Shown piece by piece: positions 22,601-30,931 of a DNA stretch of 64,000 nucleotides (positions within the stretch are counted from its first letter, which is position 1; each line of letters begins with the position of its first letter). The position numbers and the translations under genes are program-made. Location of the stretch: the sequence record NC_070936.1. One strand, given 5' to 3'. The notes under the pieces were generated by a model. It made no database searches, was not told the DNA's origin, and saw only the letters and a list, made by a program, of their open reading frames with translations.

Positions 22601-23880
22601 TCGTAATCGTAGAACCGCATCTCATCAAGAGGTTGCCAGTTATCCGCCATGTAGTTGGCAATACCACCACCAGACATAGCGATATGAGAAACTGTGTTAC
22701 CCATATCTGTTACTTTGGCAATCTGTTCCCTAATAAAGGTGCCTTGTTCAGGGTATTTCTTTATTAGGTTATCGATGGCTCTTTTACCTGGACCACGTGT
22801 AAAGAAGTATGGTAATTGGTCTACTGCCACACCAGCTATCATCTTACCAATGATATTGCCGAGCAAGCCGCGACTAAACCCTACATCACTACCCATCTCC
22901 AAACCGTCTGCAAGGTTCCCTAAGAGATCACTAATCCCATTATAGGCATCTTTACGGTTACCGGCATTAAACCGATCACGGAGCATTCCAGAGATACCGC
23001 CAACACGTTTACCAACCGCATTGAACACACTGTTTCGCATGTACTCTTTGGATGCAGTAAATGTATTGGTCTTTTCAAAATCTGAAAGTTTACTGTACTG
23101 AACAATACGTTTCAGTTCAGCAACTTCGGCATGAATACCAGCTTCCATGAACTTGTAGAATTTCGCATCTTGAACATAAGAGCGTGCCATCAAGTTCAGT
23201 TTGGCTTGATCCAATTTAGCTTGTACATTTCTTTGGTAGCTAAGAAGGTCACGTATCCCACCTTCTATATTTACAAGCTGTCTATTACCTGCACCAATAG
23301 TTGCAGATATCTGACCGCCTACGGTGGCAGCCATATTGTTTAAAGATTCACCGAGTGAAGCAAACATAGCTGATTGAGCCATTACTGAAGCATCAATAGC
23401 TTGGTCTACATCATCTTCGTCAACATTACCTAGTTTGGCATTGAAATTAGGATTTTCAGGATCGAGACGTTCCCAACTGGAGAAGTCTTTTTCACTGAAA
23501 TTACCTAATGCATTCTGAGCAAAACCAGGAAGCTTTGAACCCATTCTCTGATTGAGGTGGGAAGCAATGCTTTGTAAGGATTTGGCGGATTCGGCATTTT
23601 CCTCTTTAAACTCTCTAACCAGATCGTCAACACGACTACTGACAAAAGAAAGTTTATCAAGGGCATTGCTGTAAGAACTTGGTAAGATAGTTCTCAGTGT
23701 TCTCATGCGAGCTTCACCGGAACCTAAGGTTTCATCAAAAGCACCTTGCAGAAAACCTGTTGCAAGACTTCTGACAAACCCCTTACCTTTAAAGGGATCC
23801 ATATCGAAATCCATATCGAAATCTATATCCCCGGCAAATGGATCATCTCCCCAATCCATATCGAAATTATCGCTTGCCAT
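16693..23880 (-). CDS. Tape-measure/cell-puncturing protein with C-terminal GH19-like muramidase (phiKZ gp181-like)
   Basis: 2395 aa, long helical Gly/Ala-rich body; C-terminal KETG..ENxNWS and GWKYRGRGFFQLTGKANY (GH19 signature); divergent from the vRNAP genes. Confidence 0.85.
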   Translation of the reverse strand: MASDNFDMDWGDDPFAGDIDFDMDFDMDPFKGKGFVRSLATGFLQGAFDETLGSGEARMRTLRTILPSSYSNALDKLSFVSSRVDDLVREFKEENAESAKSLQSIASHLNQRMGSKLPGFAQNALGNFSEKDFSSWERLDPENPNFNAKLGNVDEDDVDQAIDASVMAQSAMFASLGESLNNMAATVGGQISATIGAGNRQLVNIEGGIRDLLSYQRNVQAKLDQAKLNLMARSYVQDAKFYKFMEAGIHAEVAELKRIVQYSKLSDFEKTNTFTASKEYMRNSVFNAVGKRVGGISGMLRDRFNAGNRKDAYNGISDLLGNLADGLEMGSDVGFSRGLLGNIIGKMIAGVAVDQLPYFFTRGPGKRAIDNLIKKYPEQGTFIREQIAKVTDMGNTVSHIAMSGGGIANYMADNWQPLDEMRFYDYEEYVDSLPPGRKPIPKAVWVAKNAAENKAKQSLNRLMSETTRSRGTQYTINRRNPKDLDKPGIWKEMNNITLNEVLPGLISQTNLILEKMRTGRDDVESVGYNYTRGQFQKDSDRRISVASDLMPHSEFRSFTSAALNMVDSLDPDKLLSPGARKALAKQIVVDVDKEYGFQPLYYLGDIPGVSPENLKEIHAVMKRHFGITDDEVRQFQSGDGLTRTKMLGRLNTAEGRERLNAASSKAQDLKENIPNITERINLLRATGNEQMLRDLGVIYTDNGIDKINIQAFHDRIGMYMDNPDNPVLKGATPSGNGPSPTLGGIRAGAGPTANPYEDLNNTLGTLNERLSNLDQLKNSTTVNWDSETGVFSDIKTSNQGILDKTTEMSMLLTTMLDLAKAGKLFSGAPSPRVEQQEEVAKRSVLDRIKKLVPNDVLGRSAEFLFKNNPLILGGLLGGVASSFMQNPIMAASVAGLGLLGGAWLQHRQRSGAAPEGDAPSDEEDILDERGEPILKAAKLRAGEYVDMATKKVIKTWEDIRGPVMDAINKSVVGARELAGKIFGSDGRAVALKGLRSVRDAAVGAYNMLNPMERIRSTIQLGKEFLYQQDVFLKSDLKNPVLRASKFKTGDYFVRDANGSFKPITGWNEIDGAVYDNQGNQLVSEEEYQSGLVTASGAAVRNVGGMAANMVGGAAGLARAGINNLLGRFGYSQGPNREGNGAAGRKSGPNGVERRLDKIYRLLCKQFDIPAEVDPDEPLGVTGESSDNSLRLNSLAWKEKQKEKQEKHRVNEAIINISETLGGSKEEGAGKKEGGGLFDKLKGLVMGAGGFAVKLFKNPLGAIGDILGGVGKFALGTTAASIKRLGKIGSAMFSGVLGVASPIYKLLKLGFTKLAQAFVMGKAAGGMRRGLFGGSPADDLDVEQRGQSTRRRRGGARAGRGGRLGRMGRFAFGSPTAAVGSYLLADMFGDDTQDATPTSAADVSMGERDSVTGHYRTQGDAVVDVLTQWLPSGMLAKAATDSLPMDKETREGLDNYGLFWSSDKKFFFKRDEMEAYEDKIKGVSKTPDGYGELKTQYATQPRAVRFAMYGCADQQSSFGRRLGWLEQVLYPYVTIRDNRASLKKDAPIEKILTDFMNTDSGTNHDAGAIQTWFVARFKPVFLVTNAAVSVARMGDIESFDNAKGYEVVQVLERVQQTLNTFSPNPFTIDVRVDSKYGTMGPESTRHKIDAVLKDMEKSYPKPSTTVEKIAPTVEANAKAQAPGVPKETGPSAEITAQDAMSKIAARASMDDIEKRFSQPEQVKTIDISDLMPGGDKEMDPFVMTRLAVYGNIDNMPWRVEAVLRLERYVESYIMVIGDQARFTGKSSQLLELFKPAFRISTKLAEMNWMTWFRDRFLPTLMTYTIEVKKLTGVVPERGWKQLSATNRAKVARKLTEQMVTVDEQLKTVWEVQASPFPNSTSGKWSDRADRYLKILDMKAQEARLKDPELEEEKSRGTSGDDPVQMAQAARSRQAAQSAIQEVFGNNKGIGGSSFTPSMNGVRTGGPTSVYPNPTMSVDGGGAGSAGQFMGKADANFNPEFLKKAGEDKGIKMSPEQGEKLMLNHLLKAGITDIKTIALALAMVKKETGNYQNTVENTNWSAPTLLKYFKNIPDAATAQKVAAMSPAERAMWVYGRAPKGPQLGNTTPEDGWKYRGRGFFQLTGKANYERFKKETGIDVVSNPQLVSEDPNVMAESAVRFLKNNKAMLSIAKTGDFDTAVRGINGGNAVPATDERRRYYQEYLNKLRNGDLALDGAEAEQAAATPPAPTNEPPAAADKGVPQGAVATDTPIATPPGQNTVSDLLKSDARNTAPSNAGTPPPMKTASTLDPGVAAGDTNDGPVNTVNSSAPSIDQPRAPTSSSSPSSNSAQPAPVKEAAKPVDKQAMPQVVQAPAMPDHINTTDATAAGQLAIANQTLNKIAQLLERSSSNSPMVRMN

Positions 23881-23910
23881 TAATTTACCCTCGTTTAGGA
23901 TATCTCAGTA

Positions 23911-25527
23911 ATGAGCAGAAAACCTACTAACTTTACCTTGCTTGATACAAACAAGGTGCCCTGGGGAACTATGACACCAGTTACGGTGGCAGACTCGTTC
24001 GAAGGGCAAACTAGTAACCTTAATGATGATGGTTTATATTCCACATCCATCTTTGGCCGTGTAGGTACGGATGAACGTGATAAAACTATCTCATATATCG
24101 ATGTTACTCTCCCAATATTCAACCCCACGTATTTTAAAGCACTAATTCAACTGAAAGCTTTATACGGCGAAATCATCCGGGGTAGAGCATATGCAGTTTG
24201 GGATGCTGCTGAAAAGGATTTCATAAAATCCAACATCTTAGAAGGCGATACTGGATATGCTTTCTTCATGTCACATTTCCACGAACTCGATCCTGTACAG
24301 AATGAATCTTTCAAACGTAAACAGAAGATCGACCTGGTAGAACAATTCAGAGACAGAGCGCTCTCTAATAAGGTTATCGTTATACCTGCCGGTATTCGCG
24401 ATATTGAAATGAACAACGGCGTTGTTTCAGAAAACGAGATCAACGACCTTTATCGTAAACTTATCTTCCGTTCCAAATCTCTTAACGTAAGAAATGTGGA
24501 CATCGACGATCCAGTCTATGATAATATCCGTTGGGGTTTACAAGAGTCTTTCAACAATATCGCTGACTTCCTATTTAAGATGCAGGAAGGTAAACGTGGC
24601 TTCATGCAACGTCGCATGTCACGCCGTAGTATTTTCGGGGCGACTCGTAACGTTATTACCTCCCGTAAAGTATCAGTAGAAAACTGCGACGATAACGTCA
24701 CAGGCGATCCTAACTCCACCATCATCGGTTTGTATCAAGCACTGCTTGGATTCAACCTGGTGGCCATACATGAACTCTCAAGTGGGTTCTTGAGTGAAGT
24801 GTTTACTTCTGGTATGGGTGTTGCTCGTCTCGTTGACCCTAAAACGCTCAAGGGAACTTATGTTGATGTAAGTCCGGTAGTCGTAGATAAATTTACTTCT
24901 TCAGATGGCTTGACTTCTCTCTTTAATGGTTATGGTTCTCCTAACTTGAGAAACCGTGATATCAGAGTAGCTGGCCACTATCTCGGATTGGTTTATGACG
25001 ACGGTAAGAATGTCATGCTGTTACACGACATTGACGATCTTCCTGAATCATTCGATAAGAAGAAAGTTAGACCGGTAACTTATACTCAGTTCTTTTATAT
25101 GCAATGTGTAAAAGCAATTGAGAAGAAGATGTTGCAGGTTACACGTTACCCAATCACAGGTATCGGTTCTATCTATCCGAGCCGTGTCTTTGTAATGCCA
25201 ACTAACTCAACTTCCAGCAAACGTACATTATTAGATATTGATGGTTCCCCAATCGATACTTATAACTACTTCCCGGAATGGACTAAGAATCCAAGTTACT
25301 TTGACGGTATGTCTATTGCGAATATTCGCTTGGGACTTGCCGGTGGTGACTTCGATGGCGACGCCTTGTCTGCTAACTCCATTATGGCTGAAGACTCCAT
25401 TGCTGAGATTGAGAGTTTGTTTGGTAAACGTGACTTCTACATTTCTGGTTCTGGTGATTTCCTTTATGACCCAGTTCAGGAACCACATGAATTCCTTTTA
25501 CGCTCATTAACAAATGGATTAGCATAA
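23911..25527 (+). CDS. rpoC: Virion RNA polymerase beta' subunit, N-terminal/catalytic fragment (phiKZ gp180-like)
   Basis: DGLYSTSIFG, IVIPAGIRD, QEGKRGF and catalytic GGDFDGD. Confidence 0.92.
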   Translation: MSRKPTNFTLLDTNKVPWGTMTPVTVADSFEGQTSNLNDDGLYSTSIFGRVGTDERDKTISYIDVTLPIFNPTYFKALIQLKALYGEIIRGRAYAVWDAAEKDFIKSNILEGDTGYAFFMSHFHELDPVQNESFKRKQKIDLVEQFRDRALSNKVIVIPAGIRDIEMNNGVVSENEINDLYRKLIFRSKSLNVRNVDIDDPVYDNIRWGLQESFNNIADFLFKMQEGKRGFMQRRMSRRSIFGATRNVITSRKVSVENCDDNVTGDPNSTIIGLYQALLGFNLVAIHELSSGFLSEVFTSGMGVARLVDPKTLKGTYVDVSPVVVDKFTSSDGLTSLFNGYGSPNLRNRDIRVAGHYLGLVYDDGKNVMLLHDIDDLPESFDKKKVRPVTYTQFFYMQCVKAIEKKMLQVTRYPITGIGSIYPSRVFVMPTNSTSSKRTLLDIDGSPIDTYNYFPEWTKNPSYFDGMSIANIRLGLAGGDFDGDALSANSIMAEDSIAEIESLFGKRDFYISGSGDFLYDPVQEPHEFLLRSLTNGLA

Positions 25528-28500
25528 TGTTCAAAGAACCTATCATTATTGATGGGAGTGAGGCCATGCAGTATAACATGTTTGTTAAGCTGTATGGTAC
25601 TCGCGAGAAGACTAACGATATCACCAATCCCCGCTATACTCCTGTCGGGGATATCATGCTTCCGCGTAATTCACTCATTCACTATCAACAGCAACATCCT
25701 GGTGAAATAGGTCCGAGTAACACCGCACCTTTTATTAGTAACTTTGATAAACGTATCAACATTTACTTTAACGTTAATTATGAAACTGTTCTTGGTGTAA
25801 CTAAAATTGAGAACATTCAGTTAAGTAAAATTATCAAAGGCTACGAAGGTTCACACTTCATCTATAGTCGTGCTCGTCAATATCAGACGGTCATTGGTAA
25901 AGAAGGTGAGCTGTTAGTAAACGACTTGGCTGTAGGTCAGATTCCTGTTGTCTATAAACGCAGAACTGTATTCACGCCATATCAAAAATCCTACAACGAA
26001 ATGTACACGTTGATGGATTCCGTAAATGAATTTGCTAAGTTTGGTCGTCACCAGTTTATCCAAATTGAAATGCCTCGCGTCTTCCCTACCTTTAAAAATC
26101 TTCAGCTGAACTTTGAGAAGTATAAGAAGTTCTTTAATGAAGATTATGAAGTTGTTCGGTATGACAAGATTCCTCTTCAACCATTCCAAGCAGAGCAATC
26201 ATTCTGGTTGTTGGATCTGTATGGGATTCTGATGGGTTATGAAGATGCTAAGTACAGCCTGTTTAACCGTTTGAGTGATCAAGCACGTCAACAGCTGGAA
26301 ATCATTTTCACCTATAACGGTATGTGCTGGATTGTTAACTTACAGAACCTAATTAACGTTCTGAGTTATTCAGACAAACCTAATGATGAAAAAGCTAGCT
26401 CTTTAAAGATCAACTATTTCAAACGCTTCTATCTATCTTTAATTAGCCTAGTTACTCCTATCTCGGAAGGTATTGGGAAAGTTAAGGATGAAGAAGAAGA
26501 TAACGGGGACGATGACCAAGACGGGCAGTCAACTAGAAGAGAAACTGCTGATGACAAATCGTCCGAAGAAGGGGTTCCTGGGAAGGGTACCGCTGTGGGT
26601 GATAATTCTGGGGGTAGTTCTTTGGCTGATCTTTACGCCAGCACTCCGAGAAGCGATACTCTACAAAACGACGCCGTACGAAGTGAGGGAACGCAAGCTG
26701 ATACTGAAGCACATGACCCAGTCGCCGATGCATCAGACGAGGAAGACGACGTAGACCAAGACAGTTGGGGACAAGATGTCCCAGATGAACTGTTTGAACG
26801 TGCTACTGTTGAAAACGTCTCTCTGACTGTCGCTCAAGCTGCAAGTCCTACTTCAACTATCTCTCGTCAATTAACGGAACTTTCTCGTAACGGTCAATTA
26901 ACTTCCAAAGAGAAAGACTTTTATGAAAGAGCTGCTAACAGTTATCATGACATTGAGTTTGGCGGACACACGCTGGCTGAGATCGTAGATATCAAACCTG
27001 AGGACATGGTTCTCAAAGATACTTCGATTGCTCCAGACTCAATCGTAATTACTGATAAGTCGGCCCTTAAATCACGTACTGAACTTCTCAGCGATGAGTA
27101 CATCAAGAACATTCACCAGAGAAACATTCTGGAAATGATTCTGCATGTTCAGAACGGCGGTACCGCATTAACCGATCTGGAAGTAGAAAGAACAATTACG
27201 GCTGACTCTAAGTATGATGTTTATACCATGAAGTTCCAGCGTGTTAAAGGTGGACAATCTACTCGTCGTATGCGTTTACCTGTGGTTGAAGAAGATGGTA
27301 CCTTTACCATTAACGGTGTTAAGTCTTATATGCAGTTAATGCGTATGGAACTTCCTATCCGCAAAATCTCTCCAACTAAGGTTGCCCTCACTTCTTATTA
27401 CGATAAGAAGGTAATGGTTGAACGCTCAACTAAGAAAGTAGATGACTATGCTCGTTGGTTGAAATCGAGTATCATCGAAAGGTCTTATGTTGATAAGACT
27501 CTCCAGGTAGGTCTTGGTGGATTCAAACCACCTAAAGAAGAAGTCTGTTACTATTATTCTGTTCTGGCTTCCCGTTTCAAAACCGTCATTACTCCCGAAT
27601 ACCATTTCGACTTCGATACTGTTTCCTTAGTAGATGGTAAACGTGAGTTGGCTAAGTTGTGTAATACCAACAGCTGGTTAATTGGCTTTAAAGGCGAACA
27701 CCCTATCCTTATCGATAGCACTGGTCTGATTACAGTGGATGGGGCAGAGCAAGGTTATATTGAAGAGATCTTGGGGTTAAACATTTCCAAGGCTCCTATC
27801 CCTACTGCTACTGTTAACATCAATGGGTATCATTTCCCAGCGATTGTTGTTCTGTCTTATTGGATTGGTTTCAGTAATGTCCTGAAGGCTCTCAAAGCTC
27901 AGTACCGAACTGTAGACCCTGATCAACGTCCTAACTTAGGCGCTGATGAGTATATGGTCCAGTTAGCCGATGAACGCTTGATCTTCAACCGTCGTGATGA
28001 ACTTACCACACTGGTGATGTCCGGTCTTCGTAAGTTAAACAACTTGAGTAACTTCTCTCGTTCTAACTTAGATGATCCTAATATCTGGTTTGGTCTTGTC
28101 GGTGACCAACGTGTTAAACCAAGTCACTTCAAAGAAATGACTATGTTGTATGACATGTTTATCGATCCGATTACGATGCGTTTGTTAGAGAAATTCAAAT
28201 ATCCAGTTGTTATGGATAAGTTGATCATCGAAGCTGTTAAGCTGATGCTCTCTAATGAATCCAAACACGAAATCGAAATCACCGAACAACGTTTCGTCGG
28301 TTATGAACGTTTTGCTGGTCATGTTTATCGTGAGATGGTTAAAGCAACTCGTCAAGCACGTAACAAACCAAATAACGGTAAGGTTACTTTCGACCTCAAC
28401 CCTGAAGCCGTGATGATGAACATTATCACTGACTCCTCAGCCCAAGCTTGTGAAGAGGTTAACCCAGTTCACCAAGTTAAGCAACAAGAGGAAGTTACTT

Positions 28501-29867
28501 TCGGTGGTTCATTGGGTCGTAGTGATCGTGCAATGGTTCGTCGTACTCGTGGTCAATTACCTAACTATGAAGGGATTATCTCTGAGGCAGGTAAAGACTC
28601 CGGTAAAGTTGGTTTCATTAGTTACCTAACTTCTGATGCCAAGATCGTTGACCTTTATGGTAACATTAACGTTAAAGAGAAAACAACCAACACTGGTCGT
28701 GGCTCTGTCGTTATGAACTTACTGTACGGTACAACGAAGGACGATACCAAACGTACTCTGTTCTCTGGTGTTCAGCAGTCTCAGGTTATGGCTGCGGATA
28801 ACTACGTGATGAACCCGCTGCGTACTTCTTATGATACCGTTCTTGCTTATCGTACTTCTGAACTTTATTCTTCTGTTGCAAAACAAAATGGTAAAGTGAC
28901 TGAAGTTACTGCTTATGGCATGAAAGTTGAATATGAAGATGGTTCCGAAGATAAGTTCCCATTAGGTTATGAGATTGGTAAAGGTGCTGGTGAATATCAT
29001 AAGCACATGAAAATTACCGACTTCAAAGTTGGGGATAAGTTTGAGAAGGGAACTATTGTAGCGTGGGATGAGATGTTCTTTGCACGAGACAACATTGATC
29101 CGACTCGCGTTGTGTGGAAAGCTGGTGCGATTGCTCGTATTGCATTGATTGAAGACCAGTTCACCTTTGAGGACTCCATCGGTATCGTTAAAGGTTTTGC
29201 TGAAGCTTCGACTTCTCCATTCCTTAAACCGAATGATTTCAAAGTAGAAGCTGTTCAATCTATCAAGATGCATGTGAAGGTTGGTGATACTGTTGAGTAC
29301 GATCAGATCCTATGTGACATCGAGAACCCGGTCTCGGCTGTATTCGAAGCTGATGATAGTGGTGATTTTGATGGTCTTGATCGTGCGGGTATTAAACAGA
29401 TCAAAGCTAAACAGTCTGGGGTGATCTCTAAAATTGAAGTTGTTTATAACGGCGACATCGATGGTTGGAGTGAATCTCTTCGTTCCTTTATTAACAAGCA
29501 AAATGGGATTCGTTCTAAAGTAGCTAGTTATAAAGTGAATGCCGCTACAACTGGTAACGTTGGTGGTAACACTTCGGTTGGTAAATCTAAAGTGTATCCT
29601 GATACTGCTGTTGTTTATATTTATATCGACAACAAGATCAAAACCACTACTGCAGATAAGTTCGTAGTTGGTAACCAGATGAAAGGCACTGTTGGGTTTA
29701 TCTATGAACACCCAATCTACACTACCGACGGTCGTCCTGTAGATATTACGTTCTCTCTTAAATCACTACTGAACCGAATGGTACTTAGTCTTCGTGACAA
29801 GTTGGTAGCGAATGAAGTGAACAACGTTTATACAGAACGCATGGTTTCGAAATACGGAAAATATTAA
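25527..29867 (+). CDS. rpoB: Virion RNA polymerase beta subunit, large fragment (phiKZ gp178-like)
   Basis: GTFTINGVKSY, VTFGGSLGRS, FEDS, ADKFVVGNQMKG, DGRPVDITFS beta motifs. Confidence 0.92.
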   Translation: MFKEPIIIDGSEAMQYNMFVKLYGTREKTNDITNPRYTPVGDIMLPRNSLIHYQQQHPGEIGPSNTAPFISNFDKRINIYFNVNYETVLGVTKIENIQLSKIIKGYEGSHFIYSRARQYQTVIGKEGELLVNDLAVGQIPVVYKRRTVFTPYQKSYNEMYTLMDSVNEFAKFGRHQFIQIEMPRVFPTFKNLQLNFEKYKKFFNEDYEVVRYDKIPLQPFQAEQSFWLLDLYGILMGYEDAKYSLFNRLSDQARQQLEIIFTYNGMCWIVNLQNLINVLSYSDKPNDEKASSLKINYFKRFYLSLISLVTPISEGIGKVKDEEEDNGDDDQDGQSTRRETADDKSSEEGVPGKGTAVGDNSGGSSLADLYASTPRSDTLQNDAVRSEGTQADTEAHDPVADASDEEDDVDQDSWGQDVPDELFERATVENVSLTVAQAASPTSTISRQLTELSRNGQLTSKEKDFYERAANSYHDIEFGGHTLAEIVDIKPEDMVLKDTSIAPDSIVITDKSALKSRTELLSDEYIKNIHQRNILEMILHVQNGGTALTDLEVERTITADSKYDVYTMKFQRVKGGQSTRRMRLPVVEEDGTFTINGVKSYMQLMRMELPIRKISPTKVALTSYYDKKVMVERSTKKVDDYARWLKSSIIERSYVDKTLQVGLGGFKPPKEEVCYYYSVLASRFKTVITPEYHFDFDTVSLVDGKRELAKLCNTNSWLIGFKGEHPILIDSTGLITVDGAEQGYIEEILGLNISKAPIPTATVNINGYHFPAIVVLSYWIGFSNVLKALKAQYRTVDPDQRPNLGADEYMVQLADERLIFNRRDELTTLVMSGLRKLNNLSNFSRSNLDDPNIWFGLVGDQRVKPSHFKEMTMLYDMFIDPITMRLLEKFKYPVVMDKLIIEAVKLMLSNESKHEIEITEQRFVGYERFAGHVYREMVKATRQARNKPNNGKVTFDLNPEAVMMNIITDSSAQACEEVNPVHQVKQQEEVTFGGSLGRSDRAMVRRTRGQLPNYEGIISEAGKDSGKVGFISYLTSDAKIVDLYGNINVKEKTTNTGRGSVVMNLLYGTTKDDTKRTLFSGVQQSQVMAADNYVMNPLRTSYDTVLAYRTSELYSSVAKQNGKVTEVTAYGMKVEYEDGSEDKFPLGYEIGKGAGEYHKHMKITDFKVGDKFEKGTIVAWDEMFFARDNIDPTRVVWKAGAIARIALIEDQFTFEDSIGIVKGFAEASTSPFLKPNDFKVEAVQSIKMHVKVGDTVEYDQILCDIENPVSAVFEADDSGDFDGLDRAGIKQIKAKQSGVISKIEVVYNGDIDGWSESLRSFINKQNGIRSKVASYKVNAATTGNVGGNTSVGKSKVYPDTAVVYIYIDNKIKTTTADKFVVGNQMKGTVGFIYEHPIYTTDGRPVDITFSLKSLLNRMVLSLRDKLVANEVNNVYTERMVSKYGKY

Positions 29868-29869
29868 AA

Positions 29870-30736
29870 ATGGCTAATAGTAACACTGATGTATTCGCAA
29901 TTAAAACATTGCAATCATTGTTACGAGAGCTTTCCCTATATAAAGGCCGCATTGACGGCCTTTTTGGGCAAGGTTGTCGTGATGCATTTAAATTGATGTT
30001 GCAAACTCATACTCCTAGTTTCAACACCACTCTCTATCAAGGTAGCTATGATGCAAGTCAAGTCTTTACTCTGGTTCAGACTGGTTTGGCTGCTGTTGGT
30101 CTATATACCCGTCGTATTGATGGTATCTGGGGTAGCGGCACTATGGATGGTTTCAATGAGCTTGTTGAATTCTATCGCAAAGCCAAAGGTCTCCCAACGT
30201 ACTGGTTTGCGTGGTCTGGGCATCCGAATGTCCCGGCGGCAGGTGTCGAGAATTATAAAGAATGGGTGATGCATTGGGGCAAACCTGCCGATCACACTTC
30301 CTTTATTCTCAGCTGTAATGCATTAGAAACTGGTCGTACTTTTAATCCTGCTATCCGTAACCCTAAATCTGGAGCAGTTGGCTTGATTCAATTCATGCCT
30401 AAAACTACTGCACCTGATCTGGGGACTACAGCAGATGCTCTTGCTAAAATGACTTTTGTTGAGCAACAAGAGTATGTCTTCAAATATTTTGAAAAGTACG
30501 GTTATATTAAGAAGTGCCAGCACCTTGAAGATTACTATCTTTCTATCTTCATGCCGAAACTGGTTGGTAAGAGCCCAGATGAAGTCGTTGCTTCTCGTGG
30601 TTCTCTGACTTATTCCCAGAACGCTGGTTTCGATGCCAATAAGAAAGGTTATTATACTGTAGGTGATATCGCATCTGCTATTAACCAGTTCTATTGGGAT
30701 GGTCTGGATCCTAAGAACCGTAAAGTTATTAATTAA
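29870..30736 (+). CDS. Modular endolysin: two peptidoglycan-binding repeats plus lysozyme-like (transglycosylase-type) domain
   Basis: Two YxGRIDGxxGxGT/C repeats; ETGRTFNP...GAVGLIQFMP catalytic segment. Confidence 0.85.
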   Translation: MANSNTDVFAIKTLQSLLRELSLYKGRIDGLFGQGCRDAFKLMLQTHTPSFNTTLYQGSYDASQVFTLVQTGLAAVGLYTRRIDGIWGSGTMDGFNELVEFYRKAKGLPTYWFAWSGHPNVPAAGVENYKEWVMHWGKPADHTSFILSCNALETGRTFNPAIRNPKSGAVGLIQFMPKTTAPDLGTTADALAKMTFVEQQEYVFKYFEKYGYIKKCQHLEDYYLSIFMPKLVGKSPDEVVASRGSLTYSQNAGFDANKKGYYTVGDIASAINQFYWDGLDPKNRKVIN

Positions 30737-30763
30737 CCGTCTCAAGAGCATAAGGAAAATTAC

Positions 30764-30931
30764 ATGTCTGCTGTAGACAATATCATTACAGTTAGCAACT
30801 TGTTTGAAGTTGTTAGCAAAGTAAAAGAAAAAGTAGGTTACGAGTTCCAGGCTCCTTTGGAAGCTGATGAACAGAACGAAGTTACCTCTCGTGCTATTAA
30901 ACAGAAAATCATGGAGAGCGTCTCAGAATGA
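30764..30931 (+). CDS. Small hypothetical protein (55 aa)
   Basis: Not in the ORF track. MSAVDNIITVSNLFEVVSKVKEKVGYEFQAPLEADEQNEVTSRAIKQKIMESVSE; RBS AAGGA; ATGA overlap with the next gene. Confidence 0.8.
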   Translation: MSAVDNIITVSNLFEVVSKVKEKVGYEFQAPLEADEQNEVTSRAIKQKIMESVSE

